A stretch of DNA of 64,000 bases from an uncultured cyanobacterium (GTDB lineage Bacteria > Cyanobacteriota > Cyanobacteriia > Cyanobacteriales > Nostocaceae), in contig CAVUDP010000002.1 in assembly GCA_963740315.1 (NCBI GenBank), positions 1,568,001-1,632,000 of the forward strand, written 5' to 3'. Shown piece by piece: positions 1-9,710 of this stretch. A program made the position numbers and the translations under genes. The notes under the pieces were generated by a model. It saw only the letters and a list, made by a program, of their open reading frames with translations, made no database searches and had not been told where the DNA came from. The stretch's first letter is position 1. Each line of letters starts with the position of its first letter.

Positions 1-1282
1 GGTATTTATCAAACCAAAATAAAGCATTCGATGTGAGGAAATTCCGTACTTCATGACGCGCATAGTTAAATACCAGAGTTCCCCATTCTTTATGTTCGCC
101 TTTGCGGGGATCTGAATGTTCGTAAAGATGAGTACCGTCAAAGAAAGCTAAACCGTGACCGTCTTTCGGGAAGTGACCGGGAACCCAATCTACAAGTATG
201 CCAATGTCGTTTTTATGACACTCATCCACAAAGTACATAAAGTCTTCAGGACTACCAAAACGGGAGGTAGGAGCGTAATAACCAGTTACCTGATATCCCC
301 AAGAACCATCAAAAGGGTGTTCGGCGATCGGCAGGATTTCAATATGGGTGTATCCCAATTCTTTGACGTAGGGAATCAATTTTTCTGCTAATTCCCGATA
401 AGTCAAAAAGCGTGAGCCACCTTTAAGATCCGAAACCGGCACCACAGGCTCGGATTTACCATCTGGTAATTTATGCGGTTCGTCAATCCCAGCGTGCAGC
501 CAAGAACCCAGATGTACTTCATAAACCGAAATAGGCGTACTCAGTTGATCGGTATGACGGCGTTTTTCCAACCACTCGCTGTCGTTCCATTCATAAGTAT
601 CTAAGTCAGTCACAATAGACGCAGTTTTGGGACGCACCTCTTGAGCAAAACCGTAAGGATCGGATTTTTCGTAAATATGTCCGGCAGGGTTTTTGATTTC
701 GTATTTGTAGTGTTCTCCTACTTTCAATTCGGGAATAAATAATTCCCAAACTCCAACATCGGAACTTTTACGCATTTGATGCTTACGTCCATCCCAACTG
801 TTGAAATCTCCCAATACCGAGACATTGCGTGCATTTGGTGCCCAAACAGCAAAGTAAACACCTTTAACACCTTTAACTTCAGCCAGATGCGCTCCTAATT
901 TCTCGTAAATTCGGTGATGATTTCCCTCATTAAACAGGTGCAAATCAAAATCAGTTAGCTTAGGAGAACGGAAAGCATAAGCGTCATAAAATACCCGTTC
1001 TTGGTCTTCTTCTTTAACTTTTAGCTGGTAGTTAGCTAATTCTTCAGTATCTATAATACATTCAAAAAAGTGGGGGTCATGTACGCTGTGCATTTCTTGT
1101 TCCTTCCGTTCCTCCGGAAGAACCACCCACGCAGCACTAGCATTGGGAAGATAAGCTCGCACAACCCAGACGTGTTTACCATCCTTTTCTATTTGATGTG
1201 AACCAAGTATTTCAAAAGGGTCTTGATGTTGGTTCCGAATGATGCTGTTAACCTGTTCTGGGGCAATAGTGGTCATAGACAT
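1..1282 (-). CDS. glgB: 1,4-alpha-glucan branching enzyme (3' part runs off the window)
   Basis: Manual minus-strand translation from ATG at 1282: MSMTTIAPEQVN..., FAVWAPNARNVSVLGDFNSWDGRKHQM, SVYEVHLGSW, WGYQVTGYYAPTSRFG, DWVPGHFPKD (GH13 GlgB motifs). Missing from the ORF track because there is no stop in the window. Confidence 0.95.
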   Translation of the reverse strand, partial: MSMTTIAPEQVNSIIRNQHQDPFEILGSHQIEKDGKHVWVVRAYLPNASAAWVVLPEERKEQEMHSVHDPHFFECIIDTEELANYQLKVKEEDQERVFYDAYAFRSPKLTDFDLHLFNEGNHHRIYEKLGAHLAEVKGVKGVYFAVWAPNARNVSVLGDFNSWDGRKHQMRKSSDVGVWELFIPELKVGEHYKYEIKNPAGHIYEKSDPYGFAQEVRPKTASIVTDLDTYEWNDSEWLEKRRHTDQLSTPISVYEVHLGSWLHAGIDEPHKLPDGKSEPVVPVSDLKGGSRFLTYRELAEKLIPYVKELGYTHIEILPIAEHPFDGSWGYQVTGYYAPTSRFGSPEDFMYFVDECHKNDIGILVDWVPGHFPKDGHGLAFFDGTHLYEHSDPRKGEHKEWGTLVFNYARHEVRNFLTSNALFWFDKY

Positions 1283-1488
1283 GGAGCTAATTACGTTAAA
1301 TTTTATGGATAAGTGAATCTACTTTTTGAATATCTATATATATTCTTTACATTTATTTGCAATTTTTGTCCGCTTCTTTAGAAAGAAACATGGGGGGATT
1401 GGGAAAAACACCGGAGTTATAAGTTAAGAGTTAGGAATTTGATTTACCTTTGACATGCAGACCTTTGCCCCATGCCCCATGCCCAATC

Positions 1489-1812
1489 TCAAAAATCCAC
1501 AAAGGGAAAAAGCGTTTTTAGTATCTTGCGTAAACGTAGCAGAAACACTGTTTCCCGGACATTGGGACTAAGTTTGGGTGGGTAGGGGCGTGTTTTTAAT
1601 TGGGCTTGCAGTTGAGCGTACTCCGAGGGGCTTAGAGGTTTACCGTCAATTGGCGATCGCGCTTTTACGATAATTTCTGTTCGCAATATTTCTTCTGCAA
1701 TATCTGCTTGTGGAGATAATGCGATCGCAAATTTTTTATGATATGAACTTAAAAGTATACAAATACTAAATACCGCAGTTAAAAATATCAAAAAAAACTG
1801 CTTTTTTGCCAT
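1489..1812 (-). CDS. conserved cyanobacterial hypothetical protein with N-terminal signal/TM segment
   Basis: 107 aa ORF; EEILRTEIIVKARSPIDGKPLSPSEYAQLQ resembles a family I recall from cyanobacteria. Confidence 0.7.
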   Translation of the reverse strand: MAKKQFFLIFLTAVFSICILLSSYHKKFAIALSPQADIAEEILRTEIIVKARSPIDGKPLSPSEYAQLQAQLKTRPYPPKLSPNVRETVFLLRLRKILKTLFPFVDF

Positions 1813-2203
1813 TTATTCCCCTCATTTTGGAATTTTTTTAAGTATGTATCTAGTTCAAATATACTGTAAATCGAATTTTTAACTTTTAATTTTGATTAAA
1901 TGATTTCATAGTAAGGCTTTTAATCTCAAAGCATTATAAACCTCATCTGTTATTTTTTTTGCTCGTGCGATCGAAATCACAAACATAAAAAACCTGGCAA
2001 TGTCGATAATTGTTACCAGGTCTATTTATTTGACCTAAGCTATATAGGGAAATCTAAAAAAAAAATTAACCCTAAAGTACGTGACTTTACTATCAAATTG
2101 TCATGCGGCAATAGTTAATTCTCTAATCTTGCATGAAGTACCGAAAAAATGAGGAGCGACCTCTCAAAAAAATAGCGAAAGTAGTTTAAATACTAACTAT
2201 CAA

Positions 2204-2362
2204 CTATGGAGCAGTGGTTGGACTGGGGGTAGCATCAGGTACTACTGGAGCAGCTGGATCGACAACAGCATCAGGGGTTGCTGGGTCTTCTGCACTGTCG
2301 CAGGCTCCAAGGGCTGTAGCTAACCCTAATAATAAAGCAAAACCAAAGATTTTTATTTTCAT
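2204..2362 (-). CDS. small Pro/Ala-rich lipoprotein (52 aa, not in ORF track)
   Basis: MKIKIFGFALLLGLATALGACDSAEDPATPDAVVDPAAPVVPDATPSPTTAP; lipobox LGAC; GAGGAG RBS just upstream. Confidence 0.75.
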   Translation of the reverse strand: MKIKIFGFALLLGLATALGACDSAEDPATPDAVVDPAAPVVPDATPSPTTAP

Positions 2363-2852
2363 AACTCCTCTTTCACCAATTAAGTCTAGAACTGTTTTAG
2401 CCTGTTGAATACGATACCTTATTTGCCGATCTTTTTAAATATTGTAGTTTTAATTAGCTTTTATAGACAAAACCATTCTTTTTTATACTGATTTACTCTA
2501 AGTAAGCTGTTTCTATAGTTAACACCAAGGAGCCAATATTTGTAAATTGATTACTTTTAAATTGCTTTAGTCCTGTTTGGTTACAAAAAAAGTTATCATA
2601 CCATAAATTACGATGTTGCGAAAGCCAAACGCCTATGAATAATATATATTCTCATACTTGAGATGCTATGACGGAGTGAACTAATTATGAAATTATGGCA
2701 AGCAAGAAAATTTAAACGAACCTTAGCTATTTTTACAAATAATTAAAAAGGGGGTGTAAAATGTTAGGCTCGTTTACTGTAAAAAAAAACACAGTGTGTT
2801 CTACGAAGATTCAATCTTTATCTAAAGTACAGTATTTCTAATGTGAAAATTT

Positions 2853-3488
2853 ATGGCTGCTATTCGTAAATCAAGTTTAAGAGGCAAAAAACGCTGGTTG
2901 GGGCGAGATGCAAAGCGCCAAGATAATTTTAAGGGTTCCAGCGTAAAGGAGCATACAAGCCTTCCACCTTTAACAAAATCCACACCAGGATTTTTAAGTA
3001 GACAAAGGCGTTTGAATCAATATCCAAATCCAAATAATTCACCCGCTCCTCAAGTCAACCCTCAACGTATAAATAACAAAAATCGCACAAGTCGAAATCA
3101 GACAGCGATACCTGTAATGCCAGATGGTAGTAAAGTACCAATGTGGTTAATGCGTTGGAATTCTCTTCACCGTCATACCTCGGTTGCAACTTTTGTATTA
3201 GTAAGTGCAACGTTAGTAGTTTATGGTTTGACGGTATATTCTCAGCATCTTTGGAGTAGTTCGTATAAAAAGTTGCAAGATTTACAACGAGATGAACGCC
3301 AGTTAACAAAGCATGATGAGACGCTGAAAAATCAAATGGCACAAGAAGCCGAAAAACCCCATTCTGGATTAATATCGCCAACTCCAGCAAACACTATTTT
3401 CTTAGAAGAAACTACACCATCAAGTTCCCAACGGGTTGATAAAAAGTTTTCCGAAGAGCCACAACCAACAAACGTAATGGGATATTAA
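2853..3488 (+). CDS. FtsL-like cell division protein
   Basis: Single TM helix followed by coiled coil (YKKLQDLQRDERQLTKHDETLKNQMA); directly upstream of a class B PBP. Confidence 0.65.
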   Translation: MAAIRKSSLRGKKRWLGRDAKRQDNFKGSSVKEHTSLPPLTKSTPGFLSRQRRLNQYPNPNNSPAPQVNPQRINNKNRTSRNQTAIPVMPDGSKVPMWLMRWNSLHRHTSVATFVLVSATLVVYGLTVYSQHLWSSSYKKLQDLQRDERQLTKHDETLKNQMAQEAEKPHSGLISPTPANTIFLEETTPSSSQRVDKKFSEEPQPTNVMGY

Positions 3489-3695
3489 TGGAATATTACT
3501 CCCAACAGGCTTTATGATTACCCAATTGAATGAGGGGGGAGAGGGGGAGAGAGGGAGAAATTTTATAGGTAATCTTGTTGAGGGAGATAGGAGTAATAGC
3601 AATTTTTAGTTAGTATTTATTCCCGGTTTGCAATTCAAATACATTTCTCAATCTTGGGTGTTAAAATCCCGTATTTTGAAGCTTTTTAATTAAGG

Positions 3696-5588
3696 TTGCA
3701 AATTGCCTTCTTAGTGTTAGCGCAAGTTTTCCGTAAAACTTTATTTATGAGCAGGTTTATGCAAAAGTTTCCAGGTAAAACCAGTAGAATTCCCAAAAAA
3801 GAGTATACGCAGTCGCGTTTGAATCGCAGTATTTCAAAGGATAAAAATCAGAAGCAATTTCCAGTAAAATTTTCGCAGGTTTCGCCTAACCCAAAAACCC
3901 GATTGTTTATGGTTTGGGGAGTTTTAATGGCTGCTTGCTTGGGTTTGGGAATAAACTTATACCGCTTACAAATTGTTGATGGAGCCAAACTCACTAAAAA
4001 GGCGCGAAGTCAGCAGATGTTTAGTATGCGTCCTTTTATTCCTCGTCGTCAAATAGTAGACCGTGACAAAAGGGTTTTAGCGATCGACCTTCCGGTTTAT
4101 ACTTTGTACGTGCATCCCAAAATGTTTGACAAAGATAAATCTTCGTCTCAGATTGCACGCAAGCTTGCAACTATTTTGGATCGAGATGCACAGGAATTAG
4201 AAGAAAAATTTAATAAACAAAAAAGCGGTATATTTATTTCTGACAAATTAGCAGAAGAAGTTGCCGATCAAATTAGTGCATTGAAACTTAATGGTATAGA
4301 TTTAAGGAAAAAATATTCCCGATACTACCCTTATCAAGATTTAGTCGCTGATGTAGTTGGTTATGTAAATTTAGATCGTCGTGGTAAAGCAGGAATAGAA
4401 TATTCTCAAGAGAAACTCTTAGAACGTTCCATGAAAACGGTGCGTTTATCAAAAGCGGGGAATGGTGCATTAATGCCCGATCGTACACCCGATGGATTTC
4501 TTAATTTTGACAAATTGCAAATGCAGTTAACTGTTGATAGTCGTTTGCAACGCGCCTCAAGATTAGCACTTCAAAAACAAATAAAGAAATACAAAGCCAA
4601 GCGCGGGGCAGTAATTGTCATGGATGCATGGGATGGTTCGATCCTAGCCTTGGCTTGTCTGCCTACTTATAACCCCAATCAAAAATTTACTAAAGACGAT
4701 ATTTCTCTATTTAGAAATTGGGCTGTAGCAGATTTATACGAACCCGGTTCTACTTTCAAACCTTTAAATGTGGCGATCGCGCTAGAAACTGGCAGCATTC
4801 AACCGACTGACGTATTTAATGATACGGGTTTAATTAAAGTAGCAGACCGTGAAATTAGAAACGCAGAGAAAAATGCCAATGGAAGAATCAGTGTTACTAA
4901 AATTTTGCAAACTTCCAGCAACATTGGTATGGTCAAAATCATGCAGCGATTGCAGCCAAGTATTTACTACGGTTGGTTGGAAAGATTGGGATTGAGACAA
5001 AAATCCGATACAGATTTGCCATTTGAAACCAGCAGTCGTCTCAAACCCCAGGAAGAATTTACTAATTCGCCGATTGAACCAGCAGCGGCTTCCTTCGGTC
5101 AAGGTTTTTCGCTAACGGCATTACAATTAGTCCAAATGCATGGAGCATTAGCTAACGGTGGTAGATTAGTCACGCCCCATGTGGTAAAGGGATTGATAGA
5201 CGATAAACAACAAATGCATAAAGAAAAGGATTTACCTCCACAGCGCCAAATTTTCTCCCCTCAAACAACTCAAACAGTATTGCAAATGATGGAAAGTGTG
5301 GTTAACAAAGGTTCGGGTAAAGCCGCGAGAATTCCTGGATATCGCATTGCAGGTAAAACTGGTACGGCTGAAAAAGCTGGTGCTAGTGGAGGCTATATTA
5401 AGGGTTCAACAATTACCAGCTTTGTGAGTATTTTGCCAGTAGAATCACCCCGTTATGTAGTTTTGACGTTAGTAGACGAACCGCAAGGAGACGACACATA
5501 CGGTAGTACTGTTGCCGCACCGATCGCAAAAGATGTAATGGAAGCGTTGATTAGTATTGAAAAAATTCCACCTTCAACTTCTCGGTGA
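3696..5588 (+). CDS. ftsI: class B penicillin-binding protein (FtsI/PBP3); true start probably ATG at 3727 or 3739
   Basis: TM anchor, RRQIVDR dimerisation domain, YEPGSTFK (SxxK), SSN (SxN), KTGT motifs. Confidence 0.9.
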   Translation: MQIAFLVLAQVFRKTLFMSRFMQKFPGKTSRIPKKEYTQSRLNRSISKDKNQKQFPVKFSQVSPNPKTRLFMVWGVLMAACLGLGINLYRLQIVDGAKLTKKARSQQMFSMRPFIPRRQIVDRDKRVLAIDLPVYTLYVHPKMFDKDKSSSQIARKLATILDRDAQELEEKFNKQKSGIFISDKLAEEVADQISALKLNGIDLRKKYSRYYPYQDLVADVVGYVNLDRRGKAGIEYSQEKLLERSMKTVRLSKAGNGALMPDRTPDGFLNFDKLQMQLTVDSRLQRASRLALQKQIKKYKAKRGAVIVMDAWDGSILALACLPTYNPNQKFTKDDISLFRNWAVADLYEPGSTFKPLNVAIALETGSIQPTDVFNDTGLIKVADREIRNAEKNANGRISVTKILQTSSNIGMVKIMQRLQPSIYYGWLERLGLRQKSDTDLPFETSSRLKPQEEFTNSPIEPAAASFGQGFSLTALQLVQMHGALANGGRLVTPHVVKGLIDDKQQMHKEKDLPPQRQIFSPQTTQTVLQMMESVVNKGSGKAARIPGYRIAGKTGTAEKAGASGGYIKGSTITSFVSILPVESPRYVVLTLVDEPQGDDTYGSTVAAPIAKDVMEALISIEKIPPSTSR

Positions 5589-5590
5589 TT

Positions 5591-5928
5591 TTAATTCCCG
5601 CTAATTTCCACTAACATTTCACCCGATCGTAAAAGTTCTAATGCTTCAAGAAAAGTTGTATCTAAAATTTCTCGTAGTCGAGCATTTGAAGTATTACCGC
5701 AAGTCAACCAGATGATTTGCGGTGGTGAACCAAAACGATTAACTAATTCAACAAAATCACTATCCTTGGTTATCAAAATAACTTCTTGAACCTTCGCGGC
5801 TTCAAAAATCTCGGTGTCCTCTGCATCTCTTAAACCCACATCACGTAACGAAGCGGCTGTTATTCCAAAAGTAGTAGTAATCCAAGCAGCAATACCACTT
5901 GTAGTTGCGCGTCTACCCAAATCGTCAT
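5591..5928 (-). pseudogene. DUF5615 PIN-like toxin, frameshifted near codon 10
   Basis: ATG at 5928 overlaps the antitoxin stop (ATGA) and reads MTIWVDAQL; the rest (IAAWI...LITKDSDF...IIWLTCGNTSN) is in another frame. Confidence 0.75.
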
Positions 5929-6149
5929 GCTATTAATACTGGATGATTGAGTTTGCGTGATGCGTATAAAAGTGCTGCTTTGAGGTCTTCTGACTCTAAA
6001 TCCGGCATTTCTTCTAAAATATCGCTAGCATCTAATCCAGCTGCAAATAAATCTAAAACATCTGATACTCTAATTCTCATACCTCGAATGCAAGGACGAC
6101 CTCCACATTGTTTGGGATTGATAGTGATTCTTTTAAGTAAATCTGACAT
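5925..6149 (-). CDS. DUF433 family antitoxin
   Basis: RITINPKQCGGRPCIRGMRIRVSDVLDL...DLKAALLYA signature. Confidence 0.92.
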   Translation of the reverse strand: MSDLLKRITINPKQCGGRPCIRGMRIRVSDVLDLFAAGLDASDILEEMPDLESEDLKAALLYASRKLNHPVLIA

Positions 6150-6261
6150 CTGATATAGCCCCGCAATTATCTTTTTCTAGTATGATAATGGTTCTCTAGA
6201 TTAGAAAGCTCTTTTACATCTTTGATTTTTTTATGCCAATTATTTTTTTAAATTCAAACTA

Positions 6262-6819
6262 TTAATTTACACTCGGTTTCGACCAAACATTCTTGTTGAA
6301 TTGTTTGTCTAAAGGAGTTTTGGCAATATGATTGGTGTAATTGTGCATTACTTTAATTGCGATGCCCAAAATTACTTCTAATACTTGCTGTTTGTTATAT
6401 CCAGCAGCCATAAATGTTTCAATTTCATTATCTTCAACCCAGCCACGAGCTTGTACCATTTTCTGCGTAAAGTGACGTAGCGCTTGTAATTTTTCGTCTG
6501 ACATTGGCGTTCCATCTCTGAGCGCTTCGATATTCTCTGGAGACATTCCAATCATTTTGGCTAATCCCGAATGGGCTGCCATGCAGTAATTACACGAGTT
6601 TTCATAATTTGCGGTTAAATAAATAACCTGCTGTTCCACAGGAGTAAAACTTGTTGTTTCAAACAAATCCCACAACGTCATCGAACCTTTTAACAATGCT
6701 GGAGCTTCGGCGAAAATGCCTTCTAAATTAGGGATAAACCCAAAAGTTTCTTCAGCGTGAGCTAACGCTTCTTTAGAATCATTTGGTGCTGTTTCTAATG
6801 TATGAATTGTAAATTCCAT
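6262..6819 (-). CDS. carboxymuconolactone decarboxylase / AhpD-like protein
   Basis: ENSCNYCMAAH CxxC motif, FGFIPNL. Confidence 0.88.
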   Translation of the reverse strand: MEFTIHTLETAPNDSKEALAHAEETFGFIPNLEGIFAEAPALLKGSMTLWDLFETTSFTPVEQQVIYLTANYENSCNYCMAAHSGLAKMIGMSPENIEALRDGTPMSDEKLQALRHFTQKMVQARGWVEDNEIETFMAAGYNKQQVLEVILGIAIKVMHNYTNHIAKTPLDKQFNKNVWSKPSVN

Positions 6820-6844
6820 TGCTAAAATCTCCTTTGCGATCGTT

Positions 6845-6909
6845 TGGTAGACAAGATTGTCTACCAGTTTTGATGCTAGTATATCCCTATGGAGACAACT
6901 TTGTCTACT
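6845..6909. promoter_or_regulatory. two palindromic operators, probably for the divergent TetR regulator
   Basis: Perfect IR TGGTAGACAA-GA-TTGTCTACCA at 6845-6866 and second copy AGACAA-CT-TTGTCT at 6893-6906 between divergent genes. Confidence 0.7.
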
Positions 6910-6919
6910 TAATGTTGGA

Positions 6920-7489
6920 ATGAATTCAAATACTAATCCTCGCCAAAAAATTTTAGAAACTGCCTCTGAACTCTTTTATCAAAAGGGTATTCAAAACGTA
7001 GGTATTAACGAAATTATTGCTACTAGTGGCGTAGCTAAAAAGACTCTGTATCGGTATTTTGTATCTAAAGAAAAACTGATTGAAGAAGTAATGAAACATC
7101 GAGCCACAGAATGGTTGCGATGGTTTGAAGTTGCGGTAAGAGATAGCGGAAATACACCGAAAGAAAGATTACTAGCAACCTTTGATGTGATGCGGGATTG
7201 GTATGCTAGTCCTAATTTTCGGGGTTGTCCTTTTATTAATGCCGTATTAGAAATAGCTGATGCTTCTCATCCGGCTCATAGCGTTTCGGTAGGAGTTAGA
7301 GAGTCAATTCGTCTTCACGTTAAGCAACTAGCCGAGCAAGCAGGAGTCAAGGATTCAGAATCATTTTCCCAACAATATTTACTGTTGATTGGAGGGGCTA
7401 GCTTGATGGCTACGATTGAAGGAGTTCCTGGAGGTGCGAATCATGCTCAGAAGGTTTTATCTACTTTAATTGATAGTTCTGTAGGATAA
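6920..7489 (+). CDS. TetR/AcrR family transcriptional regulator (ORF track start 6857; ATG 6920 more likely)
   Basis: RQKILETASELFYQKGIQNVGINEIIATSGVAKKTLYRYFVSKEKL HTH; RGCPFINA. Confidence 0.92.
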   Translation: MNSNTNPRQKILETASELFYQKGIQNVGINEIIATSGVAKKTLYRYFVSKEKLIEEVMKHRATEWLRWFEVAVRDSGNTPKERLLATFDVMRDWYASPNFRGCPFINAVLEIADASHPAHSVSVGVRESIRLHVKQLAEQAGVKDSESFSQQYLLLIGGASLMATIEGVPGGANHAQKVLSTLIDSSVG

Positions 7490-7580
7490 TTTGGGTTAGT
7501 TGTATTTCTCCTACTGGTTTTACGAACAAACCTGCATTTTGCAATTTATTTACAGCATCAACTTCAGACATACTGATATA

Positions 7581-7615
7581 CCCTACTCCCTACTCCCTAC
7601 TTCCTACTCCCCATC
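7581..7615. repeat. STRR heptamer array (CCCTACT)n
   Basis: About 4 tandem copies. Confidence 0.85.
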
Positions 7616-7620
7616 CTCCT

Positions 7621-8448
7621 TTACTTATCTCCTTGATGAATCGATTCCCAAATTTTCGTCACTGCTTTTTTAGTAAAAACAGAAAACTCCTTTTCCATCA
7701 TCCATTTGTAATAATTCGGTTCTTTCTTGAATGATTCAGCTACAGGTTTACCTTTATATTTACCAAAATTAAAGATTACTTCGTTGTGTTCGTCGTAAAT
7801 AACTCGTTTTGTGGGGTCAAGAAAATCAAAGGGAATGAATTCTTGTAATTCATCCAGATTATTTTTTACGGGATAAGATATATTGCCATCTTTGTCCTCA
7901 TATTCCTCATTCTCGTAGCGTTCTAATTGCGCTTTAAAAACTTCGTATGTAGCGCGAATATCGTTTTCTGCATCGTGAGCGCCGACCAATTTTTCCCCGC
8001 AATAATATCTATAAGCTGCTTTCAAACTACGAGGTTCCATTTTATGAAAAATGGTTTGTACGTCGATGATTTTTCTTCCTTCAAGTTTGAAATCGATATC
8101 AACACGTGAGAATTCTGCTATCAATACAGGAATATCAAATCGATTCGAGTTATATCCTGCCAAGTCGCTATCATTAATGTAATTTACTAAACTATCGGCT
8201 ATGTCTTTGAAAGTCGGATTATTTTTTACGTGTTCGTCGTAGATACCGTGTATTTCCGAAGTGACAGCGGGAATCGGAATAGTAGGATTAATCATCCATG
8301 TTTTCATTTCTTCCTTACCGTCAGGAAATACTTTTAATACGGCAATTTGTATTATTCTATCTTTGACAATATCTATTCCTGTTGTTTCTAAATCAATAAA
8401 TGCAATGGGACGTACTAAATTTAACTTCATAGGAGATTCCTGTAACAA
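7621..8448 (-). CDS. DEDDh 3'-5' exonuclease (DnaQ/Pol III epsilon-like); start probably ATG at 8430
   Basis: FIDLETTG (ExoI), GYNSNRFDIP (ExoII), AHDAENDI (ExoIII), C-terminal FNFGKYKG. Confidence 0.9.
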   Translation of the reverse strand: MLQESPMKLNLVRPIAFIDLETTGIDIVKDRIIQIAVLKVFPDGKEEMKTWMINPTIPIPAVTSEIHGIYDEHVKNNPTFKDIADSLVNYINDSDLAGYNSNRFDIPVLIAEFSRVDIDFKLEGRKIIDVQTIFHKMEPRSLKAAYRYYCGEKLVGAHDAENDIRATYEVFKAQLERYENEEYEDKDGNISYPVKNNLDELQEFIPFDFLDPTKRVIYDEHNEVIFNFGKYKGKPVAESFKKEPNYYKWMMEKEFSVFTKKAVTKIWESIHQGDK

Positions 8449-8526
8449 TTACAAATAAATAAATATAGTTGTATAAATATTTAACAGATTTATTGTAAAA
8501 ACATTGTATTCTAAAACAATAATTAA

Positions 8527-8587
8527 GGGAGTAGGGAGTAGGGAGTAGGGAGTAGGGAGTAGGGAGTAGGGAGTAGGGAGTAAGGAG
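8527..8587. repeat. STRR array (GGGAGTA)n
   Basis: About 8 tandem copies, one with an extra G. Confidence 0.9.
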
Positions 8588-8685
8588 CTATAACAAGATA
8601 ATAAAAATAGACCAAATTAACTATTTGGTCGCTAATTAATTGAATTATTAGTACTGATATACCGATCGCCCTTACAGATTATAAT

Positions 8686-9474
8686 TTAATTGGAAACTCC
8701 CGAAACTGCTCGTTTTTGCAAATCTAATTGAAAGCGATCGCCACTTTTTGGTTCGATTACTTCGGCTGATATATTGTGTTTTTGTAACAGCAAACGAAAG
8801 TCTTCAACGGTTCCTTCTGGCTTGATCAAGTTCATTAGCAATCCTTCAAAGGTAACATCACCACCTGCGGCTGTAGGTAACATTATTTGGGGTTCGAGCC
8901 ATTGAGCGAGTTCTAAAGCTTTTTCTTTACCTTTAATAATTGGTCCGATAAGAGGTAAGCCTAAATCTATCAATGGGGTGATGAGAACATCGATGGGAGC
9001 CGATTTTTTCAGTAACTCGGAATGATAACCATGAGGTTCGTAGTAGAGAGTAAAACCGCTTTCAAGCTCTTTTAGGAGATAACCGTTTTCTACTAAAGTC
9101 GGACCAATGGGAGAACCGGGAGTAGCTGTAATTTCGACATTACCATTGAGAGTGAAAGTTTCACCGTGAGCGAGTGAGTTCACCTTTTGGTAATTCAATT
9201 CATTAACAACTTTAGCAGCATTTTCTGAAGCGACAACCGGAATATTGCGATCGAGTTGCTGAAGCGTCGGCGGATGAGCGTGATCTTCCAAACCCTGAGA
9301 TAGTAAAATCAGGTCAATTTTTTCCGGTATGGCGCGTTCTTGAGGACGAGAACCTTTAAATAGCCAATCTAAATTAGCGAAAGTTAGGGAACCAACTAGC
9401 CAAGGATCAATCAGTATATTTTGACCCCCTATTTCAAGTAACCAACTGTTGCTGTCTAAATAAGTTAAGTACAT
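8686..9474 (-). CDS. MBL-fold metallo-hydrolase
   Basis: ILIDPWLVG, LLSQGLEDHAH, YYEPHG. Confidence 0.85.
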   Translation of the reverse strand: MYLTYLDSNSWLLEIGGQNILIDPWLVGSLTFANLDWLFKGSRPQERAIPEKIDLILLSQGLEDHAHPPTLQQLDRNIPVVASENAAKVVNELNYQKVNSLAHGETFTLNGNVEITATPGSPIGPTLVENGYLLKELESGFTLYYEPHGYHSELLKKSAPIDVLITPLIDLGLPLIGPIIKGKEKALELAQWLEPQIMLPTAAGGDVTFEGLLMNLIKPEGTVEDFRLLLQKHNISAEVIEPKSGDRFQLDLQKRAVSGVSN

Positions 9475-9530
9475 AGCTTTGTGAGAGTGAGTCTTTGTTA
9501 ATTATGAAGTATATTTGCTCTTTGGATAGA

Positions 9531-9660
9531 AGGGGATGGGGAGACAAGGAGACAAGGAGACAAGGAGACAAGGAGATGGGGAGATGGGGAGATGGGGAGA
9601 TGGGGAGACAACTAGTAATCTAATTCTTAACTCCTAACTCCTAACTCTTAACCTTTGACC
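9531..9660. repeat. STRR cluster: (GGAGACAA)n/(GGGGAGAT)n then (CTCCTAA)n
   Basis: Direct reading. Confidence 0.85.
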
Positions 9661-9710
9661 TATTTTATTTTTCCTGGTATATCAATCAGTTAGCGGTAGA
9701 TTTTTTTCTT

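Noticed and set aside
155..391. Short ORFs antisense to or overlapping long genes (this one and many others in the track)
   Set aside because: Shadow frames of well-supported genes such as glgB, ftsI, pgk and the kinases.
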